DNA from: Spirochaetia bacterium
Lineage (GTDB): Bacteria > Spirochaetota > Spirochaetia > DSM-2461
DNA: 64,000 bases
Assembly: GCA_963666985.2 (NCBI GenBank)
Contig: CAXXIA010000002.1
Location: forward strand, 2,624,001-2,688,000
Direction: 5' to 3'
Below, one piece after another: positions 38,607 through 49,193 of the stretch. The notes under the pieces are model-generated. The model did not search any database. It saw only the letters and a list, made by a program, of their open reading frames with translations, and had not been told where the DNA came from. A program made the position numbers and the translations under genes. Position 1 is the stretch's first letter. Every line of letters begins with the position of its first letter.

Positions 38607-39791
38607 ATGCTTGATTTTCGTTTTATCAGTCCCACGCAATTTGTTTTCGGCAAGAACGCCGAAGCGGCTCTGTCCGAGGAGGCGGCAAAACTCGGCGGGA
38701 AAATTCTCTTCCATTTCGGAGGCGGGAGCATTAAAGCCTCCGGCCTTTACGAGCGGGTAAAATCAAGCCTTGCCAAGGCGGGAATCGAATATGTCGAACT
38801 CGGCGGTGTGAAACCCAATCCGGCACTTTCTTTGGTTCGCGAGGGCATTCATATCTGCCGCTCCGAGAACATAACCGGGATTCTGGCCGTGGGCGGAGGA
38901 TCGGTTATCGATTCGGCCAAGGCGATTTCCATCGGTGTTCCCCATAATGGTGATGTCTGGGACTTCTATACCGGAAAGGCCGAGGCCTCATCCGCGCTGC
39001 CCCTGGGGGTGATTCTGACGATTCCCGCGGCCGGCAGCGAAGGCAGCAACGGTTCTGTTGTCAGCGACTACACAACGAAATCAAAGCTTGCCTACGGTAC
39101 GGATCTTTTTCGGCCTGTATTCGCTTTGATGAATCCCGAGCTTACCTTTACCCTCCCTCCGTATCAAACCGCCGCGGGTATCGTGGACATGATTTCCCAC
39201 GTGATGGAGAGATATTTCACGCAAGTTCCCGCCGTTGATTTAACCGACGGACTTTGTGAAACAGTCATCCGCAGCATCGTGAAGGCCGCGCCCAGGGTGT
39301 TTGAGAATCCGAATGATTATAACGCCAGGGCCGAAATCATGTGGGCCGGAATGATTGCTCATAACGATTTGGTCGGCCTGGGACGGCAAGGGGATTGGGC
39401 AAGCCATGGCATCGAACACGAACTTTCGGCCCAATACGACGTGGCTCACGGGGCCGGCCTTGCCGTGGTGTTTCCCGCCTGGATGAAGTTTCTCTACAAA
39501 GAAAATCTTGAACGTTTCGTTCAGTTCGCCGTGCGTATCTGGGATGTCGATTATACCGCCGGGGAAGAAGAAGCCGTGGCTCGGGAAGGCATCCGCCGCC
39601 ATGAGGCTTTTTATCGGTCCATCGGCATGCCCACCACTCTCGCCGCGCTGGGCGTTACGGACAACCGTTTTGAAGCAATGGCACGGCAGGCCGTCTCTCA
39701 CGGTCCTTTGGGAAGCTTCAAGAGACTCAGTCAGGATGATGTCGTCGCGATTTATAAATTGGCGGCGGGCAATCCGGATGGTAAGATGTAA
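38607..39791 (+). CDS. iron-containing alcohol dehydrogenase (BdhA/YqhD-like)
   Basis: GGGSIK, GGGSVID, TIPAAGSE, HGIEHELSA, HGAGLA. RBS AAGGAGG before ATG 38607. Confidence 0.93.
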   Translation: MLDFRFISPTQFVFGKNAEAALSEEAAKLGGKILFHFGGGSIKASGLYERVKSSLAKAGIEYVELGGVKPNPALSLVREGIHICRSENITGILAVGGGSVIDSAKAISIGVPHNGDVWDFYTGKAEASSALPLGVILTIPAAGSEGSNGSVVSDYTTKSKLAYGTDLFRPVFALMNPELTFTLPPYQTAAGIVDMISHVMERYFTQVPAVDLTDGLCETVIRSIVKAAPRVFENPNDYNARAEIMWAGMIAHNDLVGLGRQGDWASHGIEHELSAQYDVAHGAGLAVVFPAWMKFLYKENLERFVQFAVRIWDVDYTAGEEEAVAREGIRRHEAFYRSIGMPTTLAALGVTDNRFEAMARQAVSHGPLGSFKRLSQDDVVAIYKLAAGNPDGKM

Positions 39792-39818
39792 GGCGCAACC
39801 AACCATGGGAGGAGCCCT

Positions 39819-42338
39819 ATGCGCCGTTTGCCTTATGTGTTCCTTTTTTTCGCGGTCTTAGTCCTCGGAACGTTTCCCGTCCCGCTGCTTTGCGCTTCAG
39901 AGCCGGATGTGCCGCCCGAAGTTCCCGGAAAAGTCGTTTATGTGCCTTTTCCGGTTGAAACGGGACCGAACGGCATGCCCGCCGACTGGGAGTCGATTCC
40001 TTCTTATACGGTCACCGCGGGATCGATGACCAAAACCATTGAAGGGGAGAACGATTCGTTCACGTTCTCCCTGGCCGCCGACGAAACGACTCTTTTTCTG
40101 CGATTTACCATGGCCGACAAGAACATTGTCGCGGGCATGCACGGCAAGGACTGGTGGAACGAGGATTCCCTGGAATTTTATCTGAACGATACGGGCGACA
40201 TCGGCACGACTTTTTTTCAGCCGGGCGTGGTGCAGGTGAATGTGAATGCGTCCGAGCTGGAAACGGGAGCTTTGAGCCTTTCCGGCAAACGTTTCGCGGA
40301 AGAACATCTGGACATCCGGGGAAGAACCTTTCGAACACAAGACGGATGGGGGTTTGAAGCCGCCGTTTCCATGGAGGGCCGAACCCTTCCGAAGCACGGA
40401 GCGGCCTTCGGCTTTCAGGCACAGGCCAACGGCGCCACACAAAAAGACCGGAACGTCAAACTCATCTGGTCCTCCTACGATACAAGGGATGAGTCATGGA
40501 AATCTCCGGCGCTTTTCGGTACGGCCGTGTATTACGAACTGGGTCGGGAAGATGTCCCCGAACCTCCTTCCCGATCCTCTTCCGGCGACCGAGATGCGGA
40601 TGTAAGAAAGGAGATTCCGATTCTTCAGCGCCCTCTTATCCGCATCAACCAGAATGCCTATCCCTGCCGGGGCCGTAAGATTGCCATGGCCGCGATTTCT
40701 TCCGAAGAGCCTTTGGAATGGGCTCTCTCCGATAAGTCCGGTATGGTGAAGGCCCGCGGGATGAGCGAACCCCATGGTCCGGATTTTATGAGCGGTGAAA
40801 CGCTCCATATCGTTGATTTTTCAGCATACGATGAAGCGGGTGAGGGATTTATCTTGAGTCTTGGTGATCTCCAAAGCCCGCCGATCAATATCGCCGCCAA
40901 TCCGTATAAGGCCCTTCTCGCCGATTCCCTGGCCTATTTCTACAGAAGCCGGGCCGGTATGAAAATCAATCCGTTTCTCGGAGGAAAGGACTGGGCGAGG
41001 GATGCCTGGTACTCATCGGACAATGCCGTGCGTCCGTTCTCGGGGACCGATACCAACGGCGTTGAATGGGAAGGCGGCGATTATACTCTGGATGCCGGCA
41101 AGGGGTGGTTCGATGCCGGAGACTATGGAAAATACACGGTCAACGGCGCCGTCGCCGCGTGGACTTTGGGAAATCTGTATGAGCATTTTCCCATGGCGGC
41201 GGGCGACGGCGAACTGGCGCTCCCGGAAACCGGCAACGGGATTCCCGACATTCTGGATGAAATCCGCTGGGAAATGGACTTCCTTTTAGGCATGCAGGTT
41301 CCCGAGGGAGAAGAACTCTCCGGCATGGTTCACCATAAGCTCCACGAAGCTCAGTGGACTTCCTTCCCCCTGAGGGGCGTTGTTTCCGCCGACGACAGAT
41401 TCGTCTTCCATCCCTCCACCGCCGCCACCTACGACATGGCCGCGGCGGCGGCCCAGTTTGCCCGTTTGATTGAACCGTATGACAAGGATTATGCCCGGCG
41501 CTGCCTGACGGCGGCAATCCGGGCCTGGACGGCCGCCGAAGGAAATCCCGAATTCCTCTATGGAAATATTCCGGGCTCCGGCGGCGGGAATTATGATGAT
41601 GCGGATGTTTCCGACGAACGGTTTTTCGCGGCGAGTGAACTTTTTGTAACAACCGGGGAGTCGCCATACCGCCGTATCGTGAAGGACTATCTGGAATCTC
41701 CCGAATGGAAGGAACGGGTCGGCAATCCCGGAAACACCCTTTCCTGGCAGCAGGTTTCCTACGCCGCTCTTCTTTCCTTGGCCGCCTCCCGCCGTCCCGG
41801 CTTCGGAGTCCGCAAAACGGCCGCTGAAGATCTTCTGGAAGCGGCCTCGGCCTATCTGCTGATCGCCGAAGCCGACGGATACCGCATTCCACTGACGAAC
41901 TATCCCTGGGGTTCCAATTCGGTTACGCTGAACAAGGGGATTCTGATGGCCGTTGCCGCCGAATTAACCGGCGAGAAAGAAACGGCGGAAGCTTTTCGGG
42001 AAACGGCGGCGGGTATTTTGGATTATCTCCTGGGAAGAAACGCTTTGGCCCAGAGTTATATAACCGGATACGGAATCTATGATTCTTTTGCGCCGCATCA
42101 CCGGTTTTGGGCTGCCGAACCGAAGATGGGTTATCCGTATCCGCCGCCGGGCGTGCTCGTCGGAGGACCGAACGCCGCTCCAAGTGATGAACCCGGCCTT
42201 GCCGTGAGGGGACGGTCCGCGGCAAAACGCTACGCGGATCATAACGAGTCGTTTTCCACCAATGAGGTGGCCGTGAATTGGAACGCCCCCTTGGCCTGGA
42301 TGGCCGCCTGGGCGTCGCAGATGGCCGGCAACGAGTAG
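39819..42338 (+). CDS. secreted GH9 endoglucanase with N-terminal CBM9/DOMON-like and Ig-like domains
   Basis: Signal peptide, EDSLEFYL CBM9-like segment, IRINQNAY, GGWFDAGDYGKY-type motif (KGWFDAGDYGKY), HHRFW, STNEVAVNWNAPL. Confidence 0.9.
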   Translation: MRRLPYVFLFFAVLVLGTFPVPLLCASEPDVPPEVPGKVVYVPFPVETGPNGMPADWESIPSYTVTAGSMTKTIEGENDSFTFSLAADETTLFLRFTMADKNIVAGMHGKDWWNEDSLEFYLNDTGDIGTTFFQPGVVQVNVNASELETGALSLSGKRFAEEHLDIRGRTFRTQDGWGFEAAVSMEGRTLPKHGAAFGFQAQANGATQKDRNVKLIWSSYDTRDESWKSPALFGTAVYYELGREDVPEPPSRSSSGDRDADVRKEIPILQRPLIRINQNAYPCRGRKIAMAAISSEEPLEWALSDKSGMVKARGMSEPHGPDFMSGETLHIVDFSAYDEAGEGFILSLGDLQSPPINIAANPYKALLADSLAYFYRSRAGMKINPFLGGKDWARDAWYSSDNAVRPFSGTDTNGVEWEGGDYTLDAGKGWFDAGDYGKYTVNGAVAAWTLGNLYEHFPMAAGDGELALPETGNGIPDILDEIRWEMDFLLGMQVPEGEELSGMVHHKLHEAQWTSFPLRGVVSADDRFVFHPSTAATYDMAAAAAQFARLIEPYDKDYARRCLTAAIRAWTAAEGNPEFLYGNIPGSGGGNYDDADVSDERFFAASELFVTTGESPYRRIVKDYLESPEWKERVGNPGNTLSWQQVSYAALLSLAASRRPGFGVRKTAAEDLLEAASAYLLIAEADGYRIPLTNYPWGSNSVTLNKGILMAVAAELTGEKETAEAFRETAAGILDYLLGRNALAQSYITGYGIYDSFAPHHRFWAAEPKMGYPYPPPGVLVGGPNAAPSDEPGLAVRGRSAAKRYADHNESFSTNEVAVNWNAPLAWMAAWASQMAGNE

Positions 42339-42554
42339 TTGAAAATATGCCTTTGGTTCGTATCCGGGGTTCTGCCGCAGCGGAATGAGGATTATGGCGA
42401 ATACACGGCGATGCGGCGTCCGGCGATGCTCGAAATAATCGCTTTGCGCCGACCTGCGTCGGCTTGGTGGCTCGGTGGCGCCCATACTTTGTTTGGTGCA
42501 CCACCTGAGCCATCCTTGGTCTTCCGGCTGTCTTGGCTGCGAACCAGAGCCTCA

Positions 42555-42621
42555 ACAGCGGTTCGACAACGTCGAATCGCGAGTCTAAACAGCTCAATAG
42601 CGTAGCTATTGAGCGAGTCTA
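42555..42621. repeat. two 34-bp-period palindromic units (ACAGC-19-nt hairpin-GCGAGYCTA)
   Basis: Units at 42555-42587 and 42589-42621. Confidence 0.8.
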
Positions 42622-42718
42622 TTTTTTTGAAAAATGTTTAATTCAATAATTTTTCTTTTTTGTATGATTTTTTTATATGCATTAATATTCTCCTGAAACA
42701 TGTTTTTCAGGGGGTGTT

Positions 42719-44581
42719 ATGTCCATTCGTTTTAAACTTATCGCTCTTGTATTATTGACCGGTCTGGCTGGAGCTTCATCGATATTTGTCAATCGACTCA
42801 TGATGAGGCCTGTTCGCTATATCAATTCCGAATCACTCATCCTTGAAGAACTCCACAGCAGTTTGGTTAATTACATGGCGCAAACCAATCTTTTGTACAG
42901 TGAATCTTTCAATGAGCAGTTGGTTTCCCTCCAGGAGGCAAAGGATAATCTGGACGATGCCTTTCGGGATATTGGTGAAATGGAATTCTTGCCGATGGTG
43001 AACGAATCCATTGCTGAGTCATTAGATATCATAGTTTTGTTCGGCAATGTTATCTCTTTGAAGCATAATCATCTTTTTGAACGAGTGCAAAAAGTCATTG
43101 ATACTTCCAAAATTATTACGGATACGGACAAGAGTTTTACGATTCTTCAGCTCTTGTTGTCTGAAAAAATAGAGAACGATGAGAAGGCAAGGGATTTCCG
43201 TGACAGCGCTTTTTTTATGAATCTCAGTGCAAATGCTTTGAATCAAACCGTTTTAACCATAATTTCCGAACTTGATACCCAGACGAATACAATTTTGAAT
43301 GAGGCTCATAAATTTGAAACTCGTGCCCAGCGTTTCGTGATTTTAGTCGTTTTTTTAGTCGTGATGATTCCTCTGGGGCTGGCTTTGTTGCTGGCCAATC
43401 TCCTGGCGACGCGAATTAAGAAGATCGATATCGGAATATCACGAATGAAAGATGGAGATTTGGCTGACCGCATCGAAGTCAAAAGTCGGGATGAAATGGG
43501 AAATCTTACCCGGAATGTCAACGATTTTACCGAGGAACTGGGCCGTTCCATCATGAGAATTAAGGAAGCATCCGGGACTAATATGGCTGTGAAGGAGGAT
43601 CTTCTTACAAGCGTTGAGAGATTTTCCAAAGCTACGGGCCGCGTGGAGAATGCATCCAAGTCCATTACAGACGGCATGACTGATCTTGATACGACTGTTC
43701 AATCCAATGCCGAGGCGGTCCGACTCGTCGGAGAACGTCTCTCCAGTCTTGAGGCGATTCTTCAGGATCAGGTTTCTATGATCGAGGAAACCAGCGCTTC
43801 TATAACGGAGATGATTGCGGCTATCGGGAATGTCAGCGATATCACCGTACGCAAGAAGGACTCTCTGGTAGTGCTGAAAAATCTCACAGTGGACGGAGAT
43901 GAAAAACTTTCGGGGACGAATACCACAATTTCATTGATTCATGACAGCATCGAAGAGATTCGGGCGACTACAGGTCTTATTGAGTCTATTGCGTCTCGGA
44001 CGAATCTTCTTGCTATGAACGCGGCTATCGAAGCGGCACATGCCGGTGATGCCGGACGAGGTTTTGCCGTAGTGGCCGATGAAATCCGTAAATTGGCCGA
44101 GGCCACTTCCAGCAACTCCAAGCGAATCGATGGAGTGATGAGTGTTGTTATCGGCAATATCGAGGACGCTGTGGCATCCGGCAGTGGGACCGGAAAAGTT
44201 TTCAAGAGTATTAGCCGAGAGGTGGAGGAAGCTGCGGCATCGTTTGATGAAATAGCCGGCAGCATGGAAGAATTGAGTACCGGCGGGACTCAAATCCTGG
44301 AAGCGATGACTCGACTTAACGATATTACCGGTCAGGTGAAAGAGGTTGGAGGCACCATGTCAAACGCCATGCAAGCCAATCACAGCGCTATGGAGAGAGT
44401 GTCGCATATTGCTTCGGTTGCGTCCGATCGGGTGAAGGAAATCTCCGTCGAGCTGACCTCTTTGGATGAAGAAATGGAGTCTGTTTCCGCCTTGGCGAAA
44501 CGTGTCGATGTTATTTCCGAAACCCTTGAACGCGAAGTGAAAGTCTACAAAGTTGATACGATCGACTTGAATCCAAATTAA
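42719..44581 (+). CDS. methyl-accepting chemotaxis protein
   Basis: Two TMs, HAMP (SRDEMGNL), signalling hairpin [35 protein letters not shown]. Confidence 0.95.
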   Translation: MSIRFKLIALVLLTGLAGASSIFVNRLMMRPVRYINSESLILEELHSSLVNYMAQTNLLYSESFNEQLVSLQEAKDNLDDAFRDIGEMEFLPMVNESIAESLDIIVLFGNVISLKHNHLFERVQKVIDTSKIITDTDKSFTILQLLLSEKIENDEKARDFRDSAFFMNLSANALNQTVLTIISELDTQTNTILNEAHKFETRAQRFVILVVFLVVMIPLGLALLLANLLATRIKKIDIGISRMKDGDLADRIEVKSRDEMGNLTRNVNDFTEELGRSIMRIKEASGTNMAVKEDLLTSVERFSKATGRVENASKSITDGMTDLDTTVQSNAEAVRLVGERLSSLEAILQDQVSMIEETSASITEMIAAIGNVSDITVRKKDSLVVLKNLTVDGDEKLSGTNTTISLIHDSIEEIRATTGLIESIASRTNLLAMNAAIEAAHAGDAGRGFAVVADEIRKLAEATSSNSKRIDGVMSVVIGNIEDAVASGSGTGKVFKSISREVEEAAASFDEIAGSMEELSTGGTQILEAMTRLNDITGQVKEVGGTMSNAMQANHSAMERVSHIASVASDRVKEISVELTSLDEEMESVSALAKRVDVISETLEREVKVYKVDTIDLNPN

Positions 44582-44723
44582 ACTCGCAGAAGGTAAAAGT
44601 GGCTGTAGGAAGCCTTAAGTTTCGGATACTCGCCATGGTTTCCCGTACCAATTTGTGAACTACGGTTGTTTGCGTTCCTCGGCACTTATGTTTGCGGTAT
44701 TGCTTTTGATGCGATCCGGCCCT

Positions 44724-44824
44724 CAAGCGATTCGACACCGTCAAATCGCGAGCCTACACAGCTGTTCGACATCATCGAATAGCGAGCCTACACAGCTGTT
44801 TCACAGCGTGAAATCGCGAGTCTC
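44724..44824. repeat. three 34-bp-period palindromic units of the same family as 42555-42621
   Basis: Hairpin cores at 44729-44747, 44763-44781 and 44797-44815, each followed by GCGAGYCT. Confidence 0.8.
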
Positions 44825-44953
44825 CTCGAAACGAGTTTCCTGAAAAGGCGGTTTTTCTTGACCAATAGAACTCTTTCTGTCATGATTGTTTCTACACAAA
44901 GAAACATACCGCTCACCCGCCAAACTGCCGGTGGAGCCGCAAAGGAGAAGCAC

Positions 44954-46318
44954 GTGTCCCAGAGAGTCCTCTTGAATCCCGATGAAGTGCCCAAGCAGTG
45001 GTACAACCTTGCCGCGGATCTTCCCGAGCCGCCGAAGCCTTACCTGGGCCCGGACGGGAATCCGGTTACTCCGGAAATGATGGCCCCCATTTTCCCGATG
45101 AATCTCATCGAGCAGGAAATGACCACCGAACGCTGGGTGGACATTCCCGAAGAGGTCCGCGGGCTTCTCGCCAAATGGCGGCCCAGTCCCCTGCATCGCG
45201 CCAAAGCTCTGGAAGAAGCTCTCGGAACGCCCGCGCGGATCTACTACAAAAACGAATCGGTCAGTCCCGCCGGCAGCCATAAGCCCAATTCCGCCGTGGC
45301 CCAGGCTTGGTACAACAAGCAGGCCGGAACCAAGCATCTCACCACGGAAACCGGAGCCGGTCAGTGGGGCAGCGCCCTGGCCTTCGCCTGCGCCCAGGTA
45401 GGCCTGGACTGCAAGGTTTACATGGTTCGGGTGAGTTTCGAGCAGAAGCCTTACCGGAAAGTGATGATGCAGACCTGGGGCGCCGAATGTCTTTCCAGCC
45501 CCACCGACACCACCGAGGCGGGCCGCAAGGTTTTAGCCGAAATGCCCGACACTCCGGGATCTTTGGGCATCGCCATTTCCGAAGCCGTCGAGGCCGCGGT
45601 TACCGATCCTACGGGAGAGACCAAATACGCTCTGGGTTCGGTTCTCAACCACGTTATGCTCCATCAGACCGTTATCGGCCAGGAAGCCAAGGTTCAGCTT
45701 GCCAAGTTCGGCGAGAAGAGCCCCGATGTGGTTATCGGATGCGCCGGCGGCGGATCGAACTTCGCCGGTCTCGCTTTCCCGTTCTGCGCGGATAAAATCG
45801 CCGGAACCCAGATGGAAATTATTCCCGTTGAACCGGCCAGCTGTCCGTCCATCACCCGGGGCGCCTATGCCTACGACATCGGCGACAAATCCGGCATGAC
45901 GCCTTTGATGGTGATGTATACCCTGGGCCATGATTTTATTCCTTCTCCCATCCACGCCGGCGGCTTGCGTTATCACGGAATGTCGCCGCTTGTGTCGGCG
46001 GCGGTGTGTCAGGGGTTGATGACCCCGAGGTCCGTCCATCAGCTGGAATGCTTCTCGGCCGCGGTTCAGTTCGCCCGAACCGAGGGACTTATCGTGGCAC
46101 CCGAAACCAGCCATGCCGTGGCGGCCGTGATTCAGGAAGCGAAAAAAGCGAAGGAAGAGGGCAAGGAAAAGGTGATTCTGTTCAATCTGTCCGGACACGG
46201 TCTTATGGATCTGAAGGGCTATCAGGCTTATTTCGCCGGAGAGCTCAGCGATCATGAGCTGCCCCAGGAAGACATCGAAAGTTTCCTGGAAAGCATTAAG
46301 GGTTTTCCGTCCGTTTGA
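44954..46318 (+). CDS. trpB2: TrpB-like PLP enzyme (tryptophan synthase beta chain 2)
   Basis: [45 protein letters not shown] start with RBS AAGGAG; no adjacent trpA. Confidence 0.92.
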   Translation: MSQRVLLNPDEVPKQWYNLAADLPEPPKPYLGPDGNPVTPEMMAPIFPMNLIEQEMTTERWVDIPEEVRGLLAKWRPSPLHRAKALEEALGTPARIYYKNESVSPAGSHKPNSAVAQAWYNKQAGTKHLTTETGAGQWGSALAFACAQVGLDCKVYMVRVSFEQKPYRKVMMQTWGAECLSSPTDTTEAGRKVLAEMPDTPGSLGIAISEAVEAAVTDPTGETKYALGSVLNHVMLHQTVIGQEAKVQLAKFGEKSPDVVIGCAGGGSNFAGLAFPFCADKIAGTQMEIIPVEPASCPSITRGAYAYDIGDKSGMTPLMVMYTLGHDFIPSPIHAGGLRYHGMSPLVSAAVCQGLMTPRSVHQLECFSAAVQFARTEGLIVAPETSHAVAAVIQEAKKAKEEGKEKVILFNLSGHGLMDLKGYQAYFAGELSDHELPQEDIESFLESIKGFPSV

Positions 46319-47178
46319 TGGCTGGGATACGATTCGGAAAGGTCGCAGTTGAGGAGTCGCGTTGTCGTGATTCTTCAACTGTAAATCAGCGAATCATATA
46401 AACTCAGTTTTTCGAAATTTCCTTGCAGGTAATTTTACGCCTCGTCGGCCATGGCGAGGCGTAGAATATAAGTATTTGCAGCAAATCAGGCCCAACTCAG
46501 GCAATAAAAAGTCTGTCATCGTTTGCATCGAATATTTGACATAGAAACGGACGGAATATCAGCTGCTTCAAGTATCATTTACAGGCAACAGAATCCAAAT
46601 ACAGCAGTAACAAGCGATGTGACCTAGCAAGTGGCGGATGTAATGAAATAGGCTTTCAATAATCATCTGGTTGTTAATGTATTGTGGGTAATATATTTAA
46701 AAATTTATAGTCAATTTACACCAATAAAAAAAACTATCAAACTTATAAGATTGCAAGCCAAATATAGTGTCGTCTCCTATTATCAACTCCATATTTCAGG
46801 CGGAGAAAGAAGTCCGCTGTAGAGGAGTGAACAACATCATGAAAAGAGCCTTGTTTTCGGTATTGGTAATTGCCGCTGTGATGTTTGTGGCGGGATGTTC
46901 AAATCCGTCGGACGGCGGAAATGAAAATGATGCGTACGCTATCGATATCGGTCCCGCTGGAGGCTGGGTCTTCTACGATGACGAGGCCGATGGTGTCGAT
47001 GACATTGCAGGATTCCGCTACCTGGAGGCGGCGCCGAGCGATATCAGCTTAGAAGTGTCAGCACCGGTGATAAATTTCCTGAAAACACCGGAATAAGATT
47101 TCCGGTTTTGAGCCAATAAAAACGGGCGAGTATCCCTAAGATGGAGTAACCATACACCCATCGAAAAGGACACTGCCC

Positions 47179-48432
47179 GTGAAGCTCCAGGAGAAACGCA
47201 TGCACCAGGCTCAAGTGCTGGCCAAGGAAGGGTACAAGCAGTACCGAATCGCCGAAATACTCGGCGTTACCGACCGAACGGTTCGAAATTACCTCAGCGG
47301 ACACAGTCCCAAAATGAGCCCCAGGAAGAAACGGAAGAGCAAGCTCGACCACTTCAAATCCCATATTCGCAGTGTACTTGAGGAGGAACCGCTCTTCAAT
47401 TGCGAGGTGCTTTATAAGAATCTTTGCGCCATGGGTTACACCGGAGGAATCACCATCCTCCGTGATTTCGCCAAAGAGACCCGAGATGAGATTCAGAGAG
47501 AAGTAGTTCGCCGCTTCGAAACCCAGGCCGGCTACCAGGCACAGATGGACTGGAAGATATTGCCGAAGGAACACTGGCGAGGCGTCTACGCCTTCGTCAT
47601 GGTCCTCGGCTACAGCCGGACTCCCTATGTGAGATTCACCACCGATATGACCAGCGGCACACTGCTGGCCTGCCACCAGAAAGCCTTTGAGTATTTTGGC
47701 GGTGTTCCTCAGACTGTATTGTACGACAACATGAAAACAGCATGGGTCCACGACGGAGAAGAGTGGAAGACCAACTCCCGGTTACTGGAGTTCGCTTCCT
47801 CCTACGGTTTCTCTCCAAGACGATGCGCCGTCAGGCGTCCCCAGACCAAAGGAAAAGTAGAGAGGTTCATCGACTACCTTTCGGGTAACTTCCTTTCTCA
47901 GGCACGGCGTAGTGGCCTGAAGACGATCGAAGAACTCAATGACGCCATTCTGCCCTGGCTGACTGAAGTTCAGCAGAAAGAGCTCCGGGACTACCAGGAA
48001 AGTCGTGCCCAGCGATATGAGGTGGAGAAATCCTTCCTGCAACCGGCACCGCCAGAGGGAGCTTTTGACTACCGTGACAGCATTCAGCTCATTGTCAGTC
48101 GAGAAGGCTCAGTCACCTACAAGACTAACAAGTACAGCGTGCCGCCTGTATTGGTTGGTAAGAAGCTGACGCTGAAAATCGATGCGCTTTCCATGCAGGG
48201 GGAAATCCTCAATGGGAAGGTTTCCATACGGCTATTCAATCTCCTTCCAGCTGGCTCCCGGCAGAAGGATATCCGCAATGAAGATCGGGAAGCACTCTTT
48301 ACCCTGTGGGAGAAGCAGCGTAAGAAGTCGGCGAAAAAACCAGTCCGGAAGCAACAAGATGAGCAGACCATCGTCGATATCAGAAATCCTGCCTACTATG
48401 AGCGCTTTGTCGCTGTGGGAGTCTCGGTATGA
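47179..48432 (+). CDS. istA: IS21 transposase IstA
   Basis: N-terminal HTH, QAQMDW, LGYSR, LYDNMKT, QTKGKVER. Confidence 0.93.
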   Translation: MKLQEKRMHQAQVLAKEGYKQYRIAEILGVTDRTVRNYLSGHSPKMSPRKKRKSKLDHFKSHIRSVLEEEPLFNCEVLYKNLCAMGYTGGITILRDFAKETRDEIQREVVRRFETQAGYQAQMDWKILPKEHWRGVYAFVMVLGYSRTPYVRFTTDMTSGTLLACHQKAFEYFGGVPQTVLYDNMKTAWVHDGEEWKTNSRLLEFASSYGFSPRRCAVRRPQTKGKVERFIDYLSGNFLSQARRSGLKTIEELNDAILPWLTEVQQKELRDYQESRAQRYEVEKSFLQPAPPEGAFDYRDSIQLIVSREGSVTYKTNKYSVPPVLVGKKLTLKIDALSMQGEILNGKVSIRLFNLLPAGSRQKDIRNEDREALFTLWEKQRKKSAKKPVRKQQDEQTIVDIRNPAYYERFVAVGVSV

Positions 48433-49193
48433 ATATCAAACTTGAGACCGTCACCGAGAGAATGAATTCGCTGGGTATGAGTTTCATGTCCGCAGGACTG
48501 GAATCCTTCCTGGCAGAACCCCGCCGGCAGGAACAGACGGTACTGGATATCGTTGCCGACTTGATGGAACTTGAATACATCCCCCGTAAAGAACGGAGCG
48601 CCAAGAGCCGCTTGAAGCTTTCAGGAATGCCGGCAGTGAAAAGGCTGGAAGACTTCGACAGGGGGTGGCTCAAAGGTGGTATCACCAACCGCCAGTTTGA
48701 CGAGCTCTCCTCTCTGGCCTTCATCGAGCGAAAGGAGAACGTCATTCTCATGGGTCCCAGCGGCCTGGGAAAATCTCATCTGATGCTGGCCCTGGGGCAC
48801 AAGGCCTGCATGGAGGGATTCACCACCTACCATACCACCTGCATCGACCTCATTGAGAACCTGGTTCTTGCCCGAGAGAACAACCGGCTCAAGCGTCGGC
48901 TGGTATGGCTCCGAAAACCGCACCTGCTTCTCATCGATGAAGTCGGTTACGAGAAGCTGACACCCGAACAGGCTAATCTTTTCTTCCAGGTTGTGAATGC
49001 CCGGTATGAACAGGGGAGTATGATCATTACGACGAACAAGCCATTTGGCAGATGGGCGGAGATAATGAGTGATGAGGCTGTTGCCAGTGCAACCCTGGAC
49101 CGTCTGCTTCACCATGCTCATATCCTGAGTCTTCAAGGAGACTCGTACCGAATGAAGGATCGGTTGAAAGCGGGAGTCGTTGACTTCCTTTGA
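48429..49193 (+). CDS. istB: IS21 helper ATPase IstB
   Basis: GPSGLGKSH, LLIDEVGY, TTNKPF, ATLDRLLHH, GDSYR. Confidence 0.95.
   Translation: MNIKLETVTERMNSLGMSFMSAGLESFLAEPRRQEQTVLDIVADLMELEYIPRKERSAKSRLKLSGMPAVKRLEDFDRGWLKGGITNRQFDELSSLAFIERKENVILMGPSGLGKSHLMLALGHKACMEGFTTYHTTCIDLIENLVLARENNRLKRRLVWLRKPHLLLIDEVGYEKLTPEQANLFFQVVNARYEQGSMIITTNKPFGRWAEIMSDEAVASATLDRLLHHAHILSLQGDSYRMKDRLKAGVVDFL

Noticed and set aside
42555..44824. 34-bp periodic units as a CRISPR array
   Set aside because: Constant part is only about 15 bp, the variable 19-nt parts are self-complementary and related to one another, there are only 2-3 units per cluster, and no cas genes are present.
46319..46838. Gene or ncRNA in the AT-rich region upstream of the lectin lipoprotein
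   Set aside because: No credible ORF, DGR template repeat or recognisable RNA structure seen, apart from a short hairpin near 46437-46461.
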